A DNA stretch of 63,423 nt, the filler included, from Reclinomonas americana ATCC 50394 (Eukaryota), in the NCBI GenBank assembly GCA_048213135.1. It is 4 parts of one record of this genome, joined end to end, with 100 filler letters (N's around TTAATTAATTAA, not from the genome) between each part and the next. Parts side by side here need not be neighbours in the genome. Positions count along the whole stretch, not along the records: positions 1 to 18,086 come from PS015504.1; 3 more parts are not named here. One strand, 5' to 3'. Made by a program: the position numbers and the translations under genes. Below, one piece after another: positions 1-13,634 of the stretch; position 1 is the stretch's first letter; the number at the start of each line of letters is the position of its first letter. The notes below the pieces were generated by a model, which worked only from the letters and a program-made list of their open reading frames with translations, did no database searches and was not told where the DNA came from.

Positions 1-102
1 TCGCAGTTCTCCGCGAACATTGCCTGCTGCCGCGCCACCGCCACCCGCGCCGGGCACGGAGGAGTCGCCGGCCCCGCGATCTTGCGAGTGAGCGCTGCCC
101 AT
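1..102 (-). CDS. 5' end of an unknown gene running off the window; possible N-myristoylation
   Basis: ATG at 102 reads MGSAHSQDRGAGDSSVPGAGGG..., matching MGxxxS; divergent from ValRS. Confidence 0.35.
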   Translation of the reverse strand, partial: MGSAHSQDRGAGDSSVPGAGGGGAAAGNVRGELR

Positions 103-676
103 GCGTAAGAAGGAGAGGGAGCGGAGGGAGCGGGGAAGGCGGACGGTTGTGCGAGAGTGGTCGAGGTCGGTCGGTGTGTTTCGTTCTCGTGGGACAGAAT
201 CCGTATCGTCCGATGCAATGCGCACGCGCTGCAGTGCTTTCTCGCTGAGACTCTCGCAGGTGTGAGGATGCTTCTCTGAGAGATGTGGCTCACGGAGCAC
301 TTGCAGCGTTTTTTGAGGCGCGTCGAAGTGCGACGTTTGCCATAACTCGTGAGCTGGCTGTGCTTGAGCCGCGCGCGCAGGTGCATACGAGAGGCCATGG
401 GTTCAGTGTCACTGATGGCAAAGGCGCAGTGCGCGCAGCTCTTGCAACGCCTGCAAAACGTGAACAGACAATTTTTCCTAAACATGCACACGCGCCAGCT
501 GTGGCGCAACGGATGCACTCAGCCAGCAAGCAACCTTGTGAGAAGTGTCACCCTTTTGTGGGTAACTATGAGAGGAGCCAAACACGGCCCCCCACGACAA
601 CTTTCTATTCCGACTGCTGCAATAGGACATTTTTCCCGCGCATTGTCAAGTTTGTTTTCTTGTTCCGAGCGCAAGC

Positions 677-3600
677 ATGTTGCGTTTCCCCTCTCACACT
701 GTCTCCCACTCCCTCTCTATGCCCCTCCCTCTCCCTCTCCTCTTCACCACATCGTGCATCCTCTTCCTCAATGCGAGGAGTTGTCGTCAAAGTTTGCTCA
801 CACATACTCAAACTCACTCTCACTCGCGCGTGCATGCAGGCCGCCAAAGAAGGAAAAGAAGGAAAAGAGCTACGAGAACAAGGATCGCTCCGAGTGGGTG
901 AACCCGACGCCGGTGGGCGAGCGGAAGGGTGAGTGTGCGGTGGTGGGGACATTGTGACTGACTTGCCCCCTAAAAACACACACGCACGAAAGAGGAAGCG
1001 CACGCTCTCTTTCTGTTGCACATACTCCAACTGCGGTGTGCTATCTGCCATTCCACTGCATTCACGTGCACTTTGAGCAAAAGAAAGCGTGCACATGTCT
1101 GCGTCATGGCTCACTCACACACACTTTTTGCATACAGATGTGAGTGGCGAGATGGAGGCCGCATATGATCCGCAAAAGGTGGAGGCTGCGTGGTACGACT
1201 GGTGGGAGCGCGAGGGCTTTTTCCGCCCGCAAGAGCGTCGACCGGGCGCCGGCACGTACACGGTGGTGTTGCCGCCGCCGAATGTGACGGGTTCGTTGCA
1301 TCTCGGCCACGCACTCACCGTGTCTATTGAGGATGCTATTTGCCGATGGTGAGTCTGAGGCAGAGGGGGAGGGAGAGGGGGGTAAAGGGGAAGGGATTTG
1401 TCTCCAAGTTGTCATGCGTTCGAGGTTCTCGTTGCACTTGTTTTCGCTTGCCGTGCCCCTTGGAGCCATCGCGGCATGTCTTTTGTTCTTTGTATTTGAC
1501 CTTTACTGTGGAGGTTTACGTGCTGTTTGTCTTTTCTCTGCCTGTTTTTGCATTTGCCTCACGCTTGGGGCATAATTTGTCTGTGTATTCTTCTTTGAGC
1601 TGTTGTCTCTTGCATATCAGCTGTTTCTCGTTTGCGTTTGTCTGTTGTCTCTTGTTTCGTCTTGCTGCTTGCTTCATTGATGTCGTACTTGTCTGTTGTC
1701 TCTCGCTTGACCTTTACTGTGGAGCTTTACGTGATGTTCGTTTGTTTCCCGTCGTGCTCATTGTTGGGCATCGCGAACTGCACTGTGCTCTTTCTTGGGT
1801 CTTGAGTTGGAGGTTCACTTGGTGCTTATCTGCTCTTTGCTGTCGTACTCTGTGAAGCACTTGTCTGCTGTTTCTCGTTTGCGTTTTTGCGTTGGAGGTT
1901 CGATTATTTTATCTCTGCATGCTTCTTGTAGGATGTCGCGAACTGCGTTTGTGTGTTGTCTCTTGTTTGTTGTTGCTTCGGCGGCTCACCTGCAGCTTGC
2001 TTCCTTGCTGTCGTGTTCGTGAGGTCCCTTGTCCGCCGTCTCTCGCTTGGCCTTTGCTTTGAAGATTCTCGTAGCTCGTGCTTGCCAACCTTATACTTGT
2101 CGCTCTTGAGACGCATCACGACCTGCATCTGTCTCTCGCTTGGGTCTTGTATCTGTGTCGCAGTGTCCTCGTCAAGGTAAGGTCACTTTTTCTTCCCCTC
2201 TCTCTCGTGTAACCATCTACGTCTCCTACTCTCCACTCTTCGTTGTCACATCGCACCTTGCCTCGCTTCCAGTCGTCTCTCTTTCTGTTTCACTACTTAT
2301 CTCTCTCACGCGCGAAGTCTCACCGTGAGTGCTTCCTCTGTACCTTTCTTCCCCCCCTTCTCCCTTCTCCCTTCCCCCTCCCTCCCTTCCCCTTATCTCC
2401 CCCTTCCCTTTTCACAGGCGCCGCATGAAGGGCCAGGCCGTGGAATGGCTCCCCGGAACGGACCACGCCGGCATCGCCACGCAGAGCGTGGTGGAGCGCA
2501 AGCTCTACATTAGCCAGGGCAAGACACGCCACGACCTCGGCCGCGAGGCTTTCGTGCAGGAGGTGTGGAAGTGGAAGGACGAGTTGCGTTCCTTTGCCTT
2601 GGAGAAGACTTGTGCTCTGTATCCTCACCGTGTGTGCGAATACAGGTACGGTGGTCGCATTCACAGCCAGCTGCGCCGCACCGGAGCGTCGCTCGACTGG
2701 GAGCGGTGTTTCTTCACGCTGGATGAGGTTTGTGTTTCAAATTCGTCCGCAACGTCTCCTCTTGTTTCTCATCTTTCCTTTTCCGCAGCCGCGCGCCGCT
2801 GGTGTGGAGGAGGCCTTTATCCGCATGTTCGAGCAGGGCATCATTTACCGCGCCAACCGCCTGGTGAACTGGTGCTGCGCACTGCGCACTGCCATCTCCG
2901 ACATTGAGGTGTGCTTTTGTGTGTGTCGTCATTGCTGCAAAGTCGGCGAGATCACTGATTTCTTCTCTGTTGTAGGTGGACTACATTGATGTGGAGCCAC
3001 TGCAGAAGCGCAAGTTCCCTGGCCACGACTCGGCTGCCGATTTCGGCACCCTCACCTCATTCGCCTACAAGGTGGAAGACTCAGGTTCGTGCGGGCGTTT
3101 GTTGATGAGAGTGTCATTCTCTCATCTCATCTTTTACGAATGCAGAGGAGGAGATTGTGGTGGCCACCACCCGTCCGGAGACCATGCTCGGCGATACTGC
3201 CGTGGCGGTACACCCAGAGGATCCCAGATACACGCACTTGCACGGCAAGTTTGTGGTACATCCGTTCAACGGCCGTCGCATTCCTATTATTACGGATGCG
3301 GTGCTCGTGGACATGACGTTTGGCACTGGTGCGTGTTTTGAGAGAGAGAGAAAGAGAGAGAGAGACACTTGAATGTTCCAATCCTTATCTTCAGCGCTGC
3401 GTCCCGCCCCTCTCCTTCCCCGCCCTTCTGCTCTCAATCCTCCTGCTCCTCTCTTTTCCCATCCTCCTGTTCTCAATCCCCCAGCTACCCCGCTGATCTG
3501 AATTTGTGTCCGCTCCTTGTCTGCTCAATCCTTCACCTCTCCATTCTCGCCCTCTTTTCTAGACTACATCCGCCACCCTTTTCCACTCTGTTCCTCTCAG

Positions 3601-6600
3601 TTTCTCTCGGCCTCTCCCTCTGCCACCTCCTTCTCTCTTTCTCCTTTTCGCCCTCCCTCATCCCCCTTCCGTCCTCTGCTCTCCTTCTTCACCTGATTTT
3701 CTGTTCTCAGTTCGCGTCCTCTCCGCTCCCGCCCTTCTATTCTCAGTCCTCCTCTTCTCCTCCTTTCCCGCCCTCCTGTACTCAATCATCGCTGATCCCC
3801 TTTCGTATCCTCTCCTTGTCCACGCTGTTATTGTCCATCCTCCTCTCCGCTCCCGCCCTCTTGTTCGCGAACTCCATCCACCGCCCTTTCCCACTCTGTT
3901 CCTCTCTGTCTCTCTCCCCTTCTCCCACTTGTTCAACCCTCCTCCTTTCCATTCCCTCCCTCATGCTCTCACTCTCCATCTTCCTCTCCTTTCCACCCAT
4001 CCCCTTTACCTCCCTCTTTCCCTCTCTTCCCCTCTTTCCCGCCCCTCCTGCCCTCCCTTTCCCTCATCACCCCTCATCACCCCCTTCCCTCCACCGCGCA
4101 GGCGCCGTGAAGATCACCCCGGCCCACGACCCGAACGATTACGAATGCGGTCGCCGCCACAGCCTCGAGTTCATCAACGTGATGGACGACGACGGTCTGA
4201 TCAACGACAACGGCGCCCCGTTCACCGGCATGAAGCGTTTCGATTGCCGTACGGAGATTGTGAAGAAGCTGGAGGAGAGGGGTCTGCTGCGTGGCATCCA
4301 GGGCAACGCCATGCGCCTCGGCGTGTGCTCGCGCTCCGGCGACGTGATTGAGCCCATGCTCCGCCCGCAGTGGTACGTGAACTGCTCGGAGATGGCCGCG
4401 CAAGCGGTGCAGGCGGTGCGCGTCGGCGACCTGAAGATCATTCCATCGTCGCACAACGAAACGTGGTTCCGCTGGCTGGAGAACATTCGCGACTGGTGCA
4501 TCTCACGGCAGTTGTGGTGGGGCCATCGTATCCCCGCCTACCTCGTGTGGCAGCGCGGTCAGTCAAGACCAGAGGTTTGTGTGTGGTTGTTTGTCTCTTT
4601 GATGTTCTTGGTCTCACGTGCGGCTGGCTGATTGCAGAGCACGTCCATGGACGCCTGGTTCGTGGGACGTAGCGAGGCCGACGCCAAGGCCAAGGCCGCC
4701 GCCAAGTTGGGCGTGTCGGTGGAGGAGCTGGAGGCGGAGCAGGTGCGTGCGATGGGCAGGGGATTGGAAACGACAGTGTTTGCTTCTGCTCTTTCCCTTC
4801 ACTGCCTCTTTTCTCTTCCTGTTGCTGCCTTGTGCCCTTCTCCGTCACTGCTTTCTCTTTTGTCACTGTCTTCTGCTCTTCCTCATCTCTGTCTCCTGCA
4901 CTTCGCCGTCACTACCTCCCCCTTCTGTCATGTATCTGTCATCACCATGTCAAACTCATGTTCGTCTCATTTCACTTGTCTCTATTCGGATCGCTCTCAC
5001 TGTGTTCCTTTTCTTGGATGTTTCTTGCATGTCGAGAAACTCCTTTCCTTCACTGCACCGCCTTCCCCCATAACCTCACTCTCTCTATTTCCCACCGCAG
5101 GACCAAGACGTCCTGGACACGTGGTTCTCCTCGGGCCTGCTGCCGTTCACGGGCTACCACTGGCCGCACACCGAGCACCCCGACTTTGAGCAGTTCTTCC
5201 CCGGCAGCCTGCTGGAGACTGGTCACGACATTCTGTTCTTCTGGGTGGCGCGCATGGTGATGATGAGCCTCAACCTGACTGGCAAGCTGCCGTTCACCGA
5301 GGTGTTTTTGCACTCGATGGTGCGTGACCGACAAGGTCGCAAGATGAGCAAGACCCTCGGTAATGTGGTGGACCCGATTGATGTGATGGAGGGTATTACG
5401 CTGGAGGTGAGTGTGGGAGGAAGGGAGAGGGTGGGGAGAGGGAGACGGCTCGGGGTGATTCATTTCATTTCATTTCTCTTCTCTTCTGTGTATGTGAGAC
5501 TCTTGTCTGTTTGTCTCCACGGTGCGATACTCTTGAATCTATACTTCCTCTGGTTCGCAGTCGCCCCGTGCTATCGTATTGCATTATTGTCTATTTGTCT
5601 GCCGCCTCTTTTTTTCGTTGTGATTGCGTGTATGGCACTCTTTTTTGTGTCTGTTCCTCTCTCCTTTTCTGTCGCTGCGTTGTCGGCGTGCTGGAAATTG
5701 TGTTCATTGTGTTGCTTGAGAATGCGGATTATTGTCTGGTTTTCTCCTTATCTGTCGCTTCGTCCTCAGCGTGATGTGGATTGCGTCTTGTCTGTTTGTC
5801 TCCACCTCACTCTCTTTTTACCATGCTGCGTGGGTGCGATACTCTTCACTCTTTGCTTCCTTGTATATTTGTCGCTTCGTGATCAGTGTGCTGCAGAGTG
5901 CGTTTTGGTGACACTCCTGTCTTTCCATTGTAATTGCGTTTGTGTGACACTCCCGCCTGTTTGTCTCCGCCGCTCTCTCTTCCTCTTCTCTCTTACCTCT
6001 CCTCATCTCTCCCCCTTTGCTCACCCTTCCCTTATCATGCACAGCGACTCAATCAGAAGCTCTCCGAGGGCAACCTGGACCCTCGCGAGGTGGAGCGTGC
6101 CAAGGCCGGACAGGTGCGTTAATCTGGTTCACTGCAGCTGATGTTACTTTGCACCGCACTCAAACCCCCCTCGCAGAAGCAAGAATTCCCGCGTGGAATC
6201 GCCGAGTGCGGCTCCGATGCTCTTCGTTTCGGTCTGCTGGCCTACACCGCACAAGGTACAACGTTGTTGAGCTGAGTCTTTTGGCAATTGCGCTCAATGT
6301 TCTGTGTGTATTTCCAGGCCGCGACATCAACCTGGACATTCAGCGTGTGGTGGCGTACCGTCAGTTCTGCAACAAGATGTGGCAGGCCACCAAGTTTGCT
6401 CTCTCCATGCTGGCCGACTTTGACGCGCCGGCTGCCGATGCTGTGCTGCAGGTGTGTGTGGCTCCTCGTGATGCTGCCTTTTGTCGTCGCTGATTCTCAC
6501 GCTGTTGCAGACGGACGGCCTCGCTCTCATTGATCGATGGGTGCTGAGCCGATTGAACTCCACGGTGCGCTCGGTGAGCGAGTCACTGGAGGCGTACGAG

Positions 6601-7432
6601 TTTGGATCGGCCGCCAGCTCCATGTACTCGTTCTTCATGGACGAGTTGTGCCCGGTGTACATTGTTGCGTTTCTAGGTCCCACTCCGCAATCGATCGCTG
6701 CTTCTTATCTCACGACGTGCGAGTGCAGGAGGCAATCAAGCCGGTGTTCCGCGCCGACGGCAATGTGGATGACAAGCGCCGCACGCAATTCGTATTGTTG
6801 CGTTTTCACAGTCTCTGAGAGATAGAGAGTGAGGGGGAGGTGCCGACATGATGTTTCAAACAATCTATTTCACTCTAACTGACGTATTGAGATGATAACG
6901 TTTTTTTCTGATCGGCCTTGTAATGAGCACTTGAGAGAAGTGGGATTGAGAGGAGACTGTTTCCGCTAATGCGCTATGTTTCTTTGTGTCCGCCAGGTAC
7001 ACGGTGATGGACAACATTCTGCGCCTGATGCACCCGTTCCTGCCGTTTGTGACGGAGGAGCTGTGGCAGCGGTTGCCGGGCAAGTCGGCGCTGCCGGCCG
7101 GTGCGTGCTCCATTATGGTGCAGTCGTACCCGGAGCCGAACGCGGCGTGGCAGTCGGGTGAGACCGAGGAGCTGGTGTTCCACGCACTGGAGACCGTGCA
7201 TGGCGTGCGCTCCATGCGTGCTGGCTTCGAGATCAGGCCCAAGGATCTCCTGACTGTGTACGTGCGCTGTGCCGACGAGCCTCTGCTGCGCGGCATCCAG
7301 CAGACGGCGGATCTGATTGCGGCGCTGGCGTTCTGTGCGTCGGTGACGGCGATTCCCGCGGGCGAGCGCGCACCACCCGGCTGCGCGGCCATGGTCATGT
7401 CCGACAAGCTGGAGGTGTTCCTTGGACTGGAG
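677..7432 (+). CDS. VARS1: Valyl-tRNA synthetase, multi-exon, 3' end lost in gap
   Basis: Exons give [13 protein letters not shown] (HIGH), [64 protein letters not shown] (KMSKS), [17 protein letters not shown]; start inferred as AT|G split by intron 679-839 ([10 protein letters not shown]). Confidence 0.97.
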
Positions 7433-7868
7433 GTGAGAAGATCTGAAAGAGAGAGAGAAGAGACCCAAGGGGATTCGCGTGCTGTGTTTGTTTTTGTCCT
7501 TGTCGACAGAGAGATGCAGATCGAGGAGATTTGCGTGTTGCCAGTAGAGAGATGGAGATCTCAGGGAGATATGCGTGCTGTGTCTGTTTCCGCCGTTGTC
7601 GACACAGAGAGAGAGAGATGGAGATCGAGGGGATTTGTGTTGCCAGTAGAGAGATGAAGATCTCAGGGAGATNNNNNNNNNNNNNNNNNNNNNNNNNNNN
7701 NNNNNNNNNNNNNNNNNNNNNNNNNNNNNNNNNNNNNNNNNNNNNNNNNNNNNNNNNNNNNNNNNNNNNNNNNNNNNNNNNNNNNNNNNNNNNNNNNNNN
7801 NNNNNNNNNNNNNNNNNNNNNNNNNNNNNNNNNNNNNNNNNNNNNNNNNNNNNNCCTCTCCTCCTCTC

Positions 7869-7921
<53 letters not shown>

Positions 7922-8350
7922 CTCTCTCACCTATCACCCATGGCCATGACAGCCTGAATGTCGCCGGGGCGCAGTTTGTTTACATCGTCGGGAACCATCG
8001 GCGATGCAGGCACAAACGGGCAGTCGAACCTGCATCAAATAACACACGCACAGAGAGAGGAAGCGAGGGGAAGAAGAGAGTGAGTTGGTGGACATGCGCG
8101 CAAAGAGAGCGAGAGAGAGCCGCGACGAAACTTGGGAAAACCCGGAGACGGACACTCCCACTTGGCCACAGCCGGCACCACCACAAACATCAGTGCAGAG
8201 AGCAGCACCGCCAGTGAGAGCAGCTTCCAACGCGCGACAATCATTTGATAAACATAAAACGCAATTTTCCAGTGTCTGAAAACAACCATTCATCGTGCAT
8301 TATGCATTCCTTCTCTCTTCTGTCTCACTCTGTCGCATTGCTTCCTCTGT

Positions 8351-8434
8351 TTACACGGCCAGCTCCTCGAGCATCCTGATGGCACCCTCCAGCTTGATGG
8401 CTGTGACCACCGGGGCGTCAGTCAACGTAAACGA
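8351..8434 (-). CDS. Possible last exon of a gene lying mostly in the adjacent gap
   Basis: Frame SFTLTDAPVVTAIKLEGAIRMLEELAV* with coding-like GC3; no family recognised. Confidence 0.25.
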   Translation of the reverse strand, partial: SFTLTDAPVVTAIKLEGAIRMLEELAV

Positions 8435-8932
8435 CCTTCACATTATGAAATGAGTTCCGNNNNNNNNNNNNNNNNNNNNNNNNNNNNNNNNNNNNNNNNN
8501 NNNNNNNNNNNNNNNNNNNNNNNNNNNNNNNNNNNNNNNNNNNNNNNNNNNNNNNNNNNNNNNNNNNNNNNNNNNNNNNNNNNNNNNNNNNNNNNNNNNN
8601 NNNNNNNNNNNNNNNNNNNNNNNNNNNNNNNNNNNNNNNNNNNNNNNNNNNNNNNNNNNNNNNNNNNNNNNNNNNNNNNNNNNNNNNNNNNNNNNNNNNN
8701 NNNNNNNNNNNNNNNNNNNNNNNNNNNNNNNNNNNNNNNNNNNNNNNNNNNNNNNNNNNNNNNNNNNNNNNNNNNNNNNNNNNNNNNNNNNNNNNNNNNN
8801 TGAGTGCATGAACTGGCGTTTGTGAGGAAGATCAGTCGCATGAAGAAGCGAAGAGAGAGACGGCGAGAAAAGATGATTACAGATCCAGCTCAAAGAGCCA
8901 TGAGTGCATGACCCGGCATTGACGCAAGAAAG

Positions 8933-8972
<40 letters not shown>

Positions 8973-9432
8973 GAGAGAGAGGAAGAGGGGAGGGGATGAT
9001 TGCAGATCCAGCTCGGAGAGCCATGATTGCATGAACTGGCGTTCGTGAGGAAGAGCAGTCGCACTATACAGGTACATGCATTTATAGAGAGGGACACAGA
9101 GGGTGAGTAGGAAGATTGCAGATCCATCTCGAAGCCCCTTGCCTGTGTGAGTGTTTGTGCCTCGCGAGAGAGCACACACACACACACGCACACACACGCA
9201 CACAAACACACACACGTGCATGAGTTGTTATCGTGCACGACTGCACACCTGTTCTGCCTTTCTTTCGTTCCCCCTCTTCCTCTCCCTCTCTTCCTTTTTC
9301 CTCCATCTCTCCTCCTCTTTCTCATTCCTTCCCTTTCCCCCTTCTCCTCACTCCGTCTCTTTCCCTCCCTCTTTTCCTTTCCCCCTCTTCCCTTCCCTCA
9401 CATCCCCTCACATCCCCTCCCACTCCTCTGCA

Positions 9433-11362
9433 GCATCACTGCCGGCTTCGGCATGATTGGCGTGGCACCGCTCGAATACCGCGGTCATGTCTACTCGACG
9501 GGCTCCGAGGGCGGTCACACGCTTGGCCACTTCCTCAAGTTCTACAACCCCAAGCTGGAGGGCACCTGCACCGGCACCACCCTGCCGCTCACCAAGCTCG
9601 GTGAGTTATGCACGAGAGTACCATGGCACTGCTCTGTCTCTCTCATCTGAATCGATGCGTGCGCAGGCAAGGGTCTCAACGTGGCCGTGAGTGAGGCCAA
9701 GGTGGAAGATCTGCCGCCGCAGGTCGACCGCCTGATGGAGCTGCTGAACACGACCTACTCGCACGTGTTGAACGAGTGGAAGCTGCTCACGATTTTCATT
9801 GGTGAGGGAGATGGGGTGAAGGGAGAAGGGCGAGAGTGGGTGAAGGGAGAAGGGAGAGAGTGTATTAGCGTGAGTATGCAGTTCGTTTATGTTGTTGGAG
9901 TGAGTGTGAGTGAAGAGAGAAGTGAGCGATATAGGAAAGGCGTTGAATGTGTGCGAGTGTCCGTGAGATTGAGAGCCTGTGGGTATGCTTTGATTGTGTT
10001 TGTTCACCGTATGTTCTCCTCTTCTCTCTTGTTCCTCCCGAAGAATTGAGTGAGTAAGTATGCACAAAAGGGATTGAGTGTCTGTGAGAGTGCGAGTTTA
10101 GATGCGATCTGATAGCGTTGCGCTGTCCCTTTCTCTCCCTCTTCTCTCCTGCTCCCCCTGAAGGAGTTAGCGAGTGAGAGATTGAGTGCTTGTGATACTG
10201 TATATCTGTGCAGTGAGCGTGTTGCCATGCAATCGGTTGTTAAACGCGCTTCCCTGTATCTTTCTCTCCCTCTCCTCTCTTGTTCCCTGAGGAAGTGAGT
10301 GAGTGAGAATGCAAGAAAGGGATTGAGTGTCTGTGAGATGGAGACGTTTCGATTGTGTTTGATGAGGTCAGTTGTAAAGTGCGTCGCTCTCTACGTTCCT
10401 TTCCCTCTCCTCCCATGTTACCTCTAGGAGAGTGAATAAGCGTCTGTATAAGTGCTTGTGAGGCTTCATATCTGTACGCGTGCATGTACATGAATAGCTT
10501 CCTTACTCCTCCCTTTCCCTCTCCTCACTCTCCTCCCTCTCCTCCCTCTCCTCCCTCTCCTCCCTCTCCTCCCTCTCCTCCCTCTCCTCCCTCTCCTCCC
10601 TCTCCTGCCCCTTCCCCTCCCCTTCCTCCTTTCCTTTCCTCCCCCTTACCCAACCTCTGCATCACCCAGGTGCGAACAATCTCTGCGACAGCTGCGACCC
10701 GAATAGCTCGCACGGTAACCCCGAGAACTTCCGCGTGCATCTGCGTGCCGTGCTGCGCAACATTTACCAGCGCATGCCCAAAGGTTTCGTGAGATTTGCC
10801 TTGAAGAAGGCAAGCAGAGCGCGGCTGACCTCCTTCACCTCCTTCCCCTCCACCACCTCCGCAGTGCGCGTGCAGCTGATGACAATCTTCAACATCTCGC
10901 AAGTGTGGGACGTGGCCATGGAGCACTGGGGCTACTGCAAGGAGGTTGTACCGCGCGTGCAGGAATGCGGATGCATGGAGGATAGCTGGCAGACTCGCGT
11001 GGCTCTCGGTCTGGCCACGCCCAAGTTTAATGGTTTGTTCGCTGCATAAGCGGGTGGGGATGGTCTCCTTGCTTCTCTCTTCTCATTCGCGCCCTGCTTC
11101 TCATCTTTTGTGCAGCCGTGACGTACGAAGTGGCGGCCGAGTTCCAAAACATTTCGAGCGAGTTCACCGTCGTGGTGCAGCCGGGCGTCGATCAACTGCC
11201 GTTTGGCCAGTTCTCGGAGGCGTTCCTGTCAGGTGAGCGGGTGGTCTGTGAGGAAGAGAGAGAGAGAGAGAGGCAGAGGAGGGAGAGAGAGACTGAGAGA
11301 GAGAGAAAGAGAGAAGAGAGAAGAGAGGGAGGGAGAGACAAGGAGCGAGAGAGTGGGAGAGG

Positions 11363-11393
<31 letters not shown>

Positions 11394-11784
11394 CGAGAGA
11401 GAGAGGGAGGAAGAATCTGGTGTGAGTGCGTGTTTGGGCAACTGTGTGTGCGTTGGCGGTGAAGATGATGCTCACTATGTGCCCGCAGATCTCGACTGTT
11501 TCCATCCATCGTTGTGCGCCGATCAGGTTCTTTGACGTCTCTCGCTCTCTCTCTCTCTCTCTCCCTCTTATCTCCCTCACTCCTTTGCGTTTTCGTACAA
11601 CAGGCATTCGCGACGGCGGTGTGGAACAACATGGTAAGTCGACTCTGCTCATGTGTTGGTTGATGCTCGTTACCGACAAGATCTCCACGCGCAGTTTGTG
11701 CCTCCAGAGCAGAAGCAGCACACGCTGAACCCGCTGAGCCCGCCCAAGGCCTACTGCCCTGGACCCAATGAGTTCCTGCAGTGA
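9433..11784 (+). CDS. Phospholipase B1-like GDSL/SGNH lipase, 5' end missing
   Basis: SITAGFG, LNVAVSEAK, WKLLTIFIG|ANNLC, DLDCFHPS (DxxH), AVWNNM; ends CPGPNEFLQ*. Confidence 0.85.
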
Positions 11785-12331
11785 GAGAGAGAGAGAGAGA
11801 GAAAGCGATTGCTTGCACGCTGCGGTCGGGTGATGCTTCACGAATTGCATTGCCAGCCGTCTCACTAGCAATACCTGCAGAATGAACCACAAGTTTTATA
11901 ATCCACAACTCAGATATGCTCAAAGTATGGAATCGCAGCGTATTGGAGGGGTCGCACATGTAGAGGTCTTACGGTGAGTGACATGCCTATCGCGTGTGTA
12001 TTTTTCCTGAAGTCGACTGATGTGTCCTGCACTTTACTCGTCATTCAGTTTTCCGAGCTTCAGCCTGATTCAAGAATCTTGGCTGAACAGATCTAGAAGT
12101 AATACTAAGGCTCGTCAATTCACTTCTCTTCACCGATTAATCTATTGGATTGGATAACCATCGTGTGCTCGTAGGAACCGCCTGTTCCGAGAGTTGAGTT
12201 GATCCTGTTCCCCCAAGGTCTTACGGTGAGTTTGACATGCCTACCGTGTGTGTGTTCCTGAAGTCGACTGATGTGTCCAGCACTTTACTCGTCATTCAGT
12301 TTCTTTCGAGCATACAGTGGAGCGCAGACAC

Positions 12332-13242
12332 ATGACCGACTATTGCGAACGAGTTCTCGCTAGGCTCCATGAGTGCTACCATGTGAGCATGAACTCCATC
12401 CCGCGCAAAACCTTCCGCAACTACTCGTGGGTGTGGGCCAAGTTCCAGCGCTTTGTGAGCGCAAACATGGTCGTTCGCGGTGCGACAACTCCCCCACTCT
12501 CTCTCTCTCTCCATCTCTCTTCTCCCTTCATCGCGCTGCTCTCTTGCTCACTCCCTCTCACACACGTGTTGGCGCAGACAAGTACGCTGATGACGAAGCC
12601 GGTCAGGTGGCCTTCAACAAGCAGTGTGCAGTGTGCTTGGAGGAGAAGAATTTCGACAAGGCAGCCGCTGCGTTCCTCCTCTCGCGCAGAAAGGCAGACA
12701 AGGTCAAGTACTGCACGCTGGTGACCGACCTTGAGGCCCTCGACTGGTACGCCAAGTATGAGCTCGGTCACACCAAGGTGCGCGCGCGATCAAAGTGCCT
12801 CGAGTTGAAGTTGCATGATGTTCCGACCAGTCGACCAATGTTTCGTGTCTGGCAGACGTACAATCTCCGCAAGGGCAAATGCAGAACGGCGATGCGCATT
12901 GTGAAGCGCGAGGAGCGCGACGAGTACTGGCCGTGGAATGGACCCGGCTTTGACCTCGATTCTGGATATGTGTACATCACAACCGATGGCCAGGAGCGGC
13001 CTGTCGCGGCCGGTGACAACTCAGTGCGAATGTGGTCGACGCCGTGCGGTCACGCTCGACTCGATGTCGACTGCGCGCGCTCGGCCGTGCGTGTCGTGCA
13101 GGAGATGATGCGTGAGGCTGTGGAGGACGAAGTTGAAGTGGAAGAACGCTGCTTGCCGGAGATCGTTCTGCGCTGTTTCATCGTCGAGGAGGCGCAAGTC
13201 GTGGTACATCGATGTCTCGCGGAGCCACGGCTGTTTTGGTGA
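12332..13242 (+). CDS. Unknown protein: novel N-terminal domain, remnant WD repeat and the conserved QEMM...RCLPEIVLRCFIVE tail
   Basis: Spliced ORF whose last ~75 aa align with the tails of the two downstream WD40 genes. Confidence 0.75.
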
Positions 13243-13555
13243 TCTTTTGCAAGTGATTTTCCTTTTGGTATCGATCTGCATGTTTGTTCGGAAGTGCGAG
13301 TGTCGTCGACACGTGAGGCTTGGGCGGTGCACGCACGAGCACGAGGGGTGGTGTTTCGAGTTCCTGTCCTCGGGATTATCCAAAGATATCTTTTCATCCA
13401 TAAGTAGAAGTTTATTAATATTCCGCATTTCTGCATGACGAACGCCATGACAACGAAGGTGTGCATGTGAGAGAGAGAGAGAGAGAGAGTATGTAGAAAG
13501 CGTGAGTGAGAGAGGAAGGGAGGGAGACTGAGAGACAAGAGAGACAGTGAGAGAC

Positions 13556-13634
<79 letters not shown>

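Noticed and set aside
1349..2417. Degenerate internal repeats in long introns (also 7480-7670, 8810-9125, 9990-10330)
   Set aside because: Local duplications without terminal repeats or coding capacity
3330..4100. Long Ser/Leu/Pro or Arg/Glu-rich ORFs in the ORF track
   Set aside because: Stop-poor CT/GA microsatellite-rich introns, not proteins
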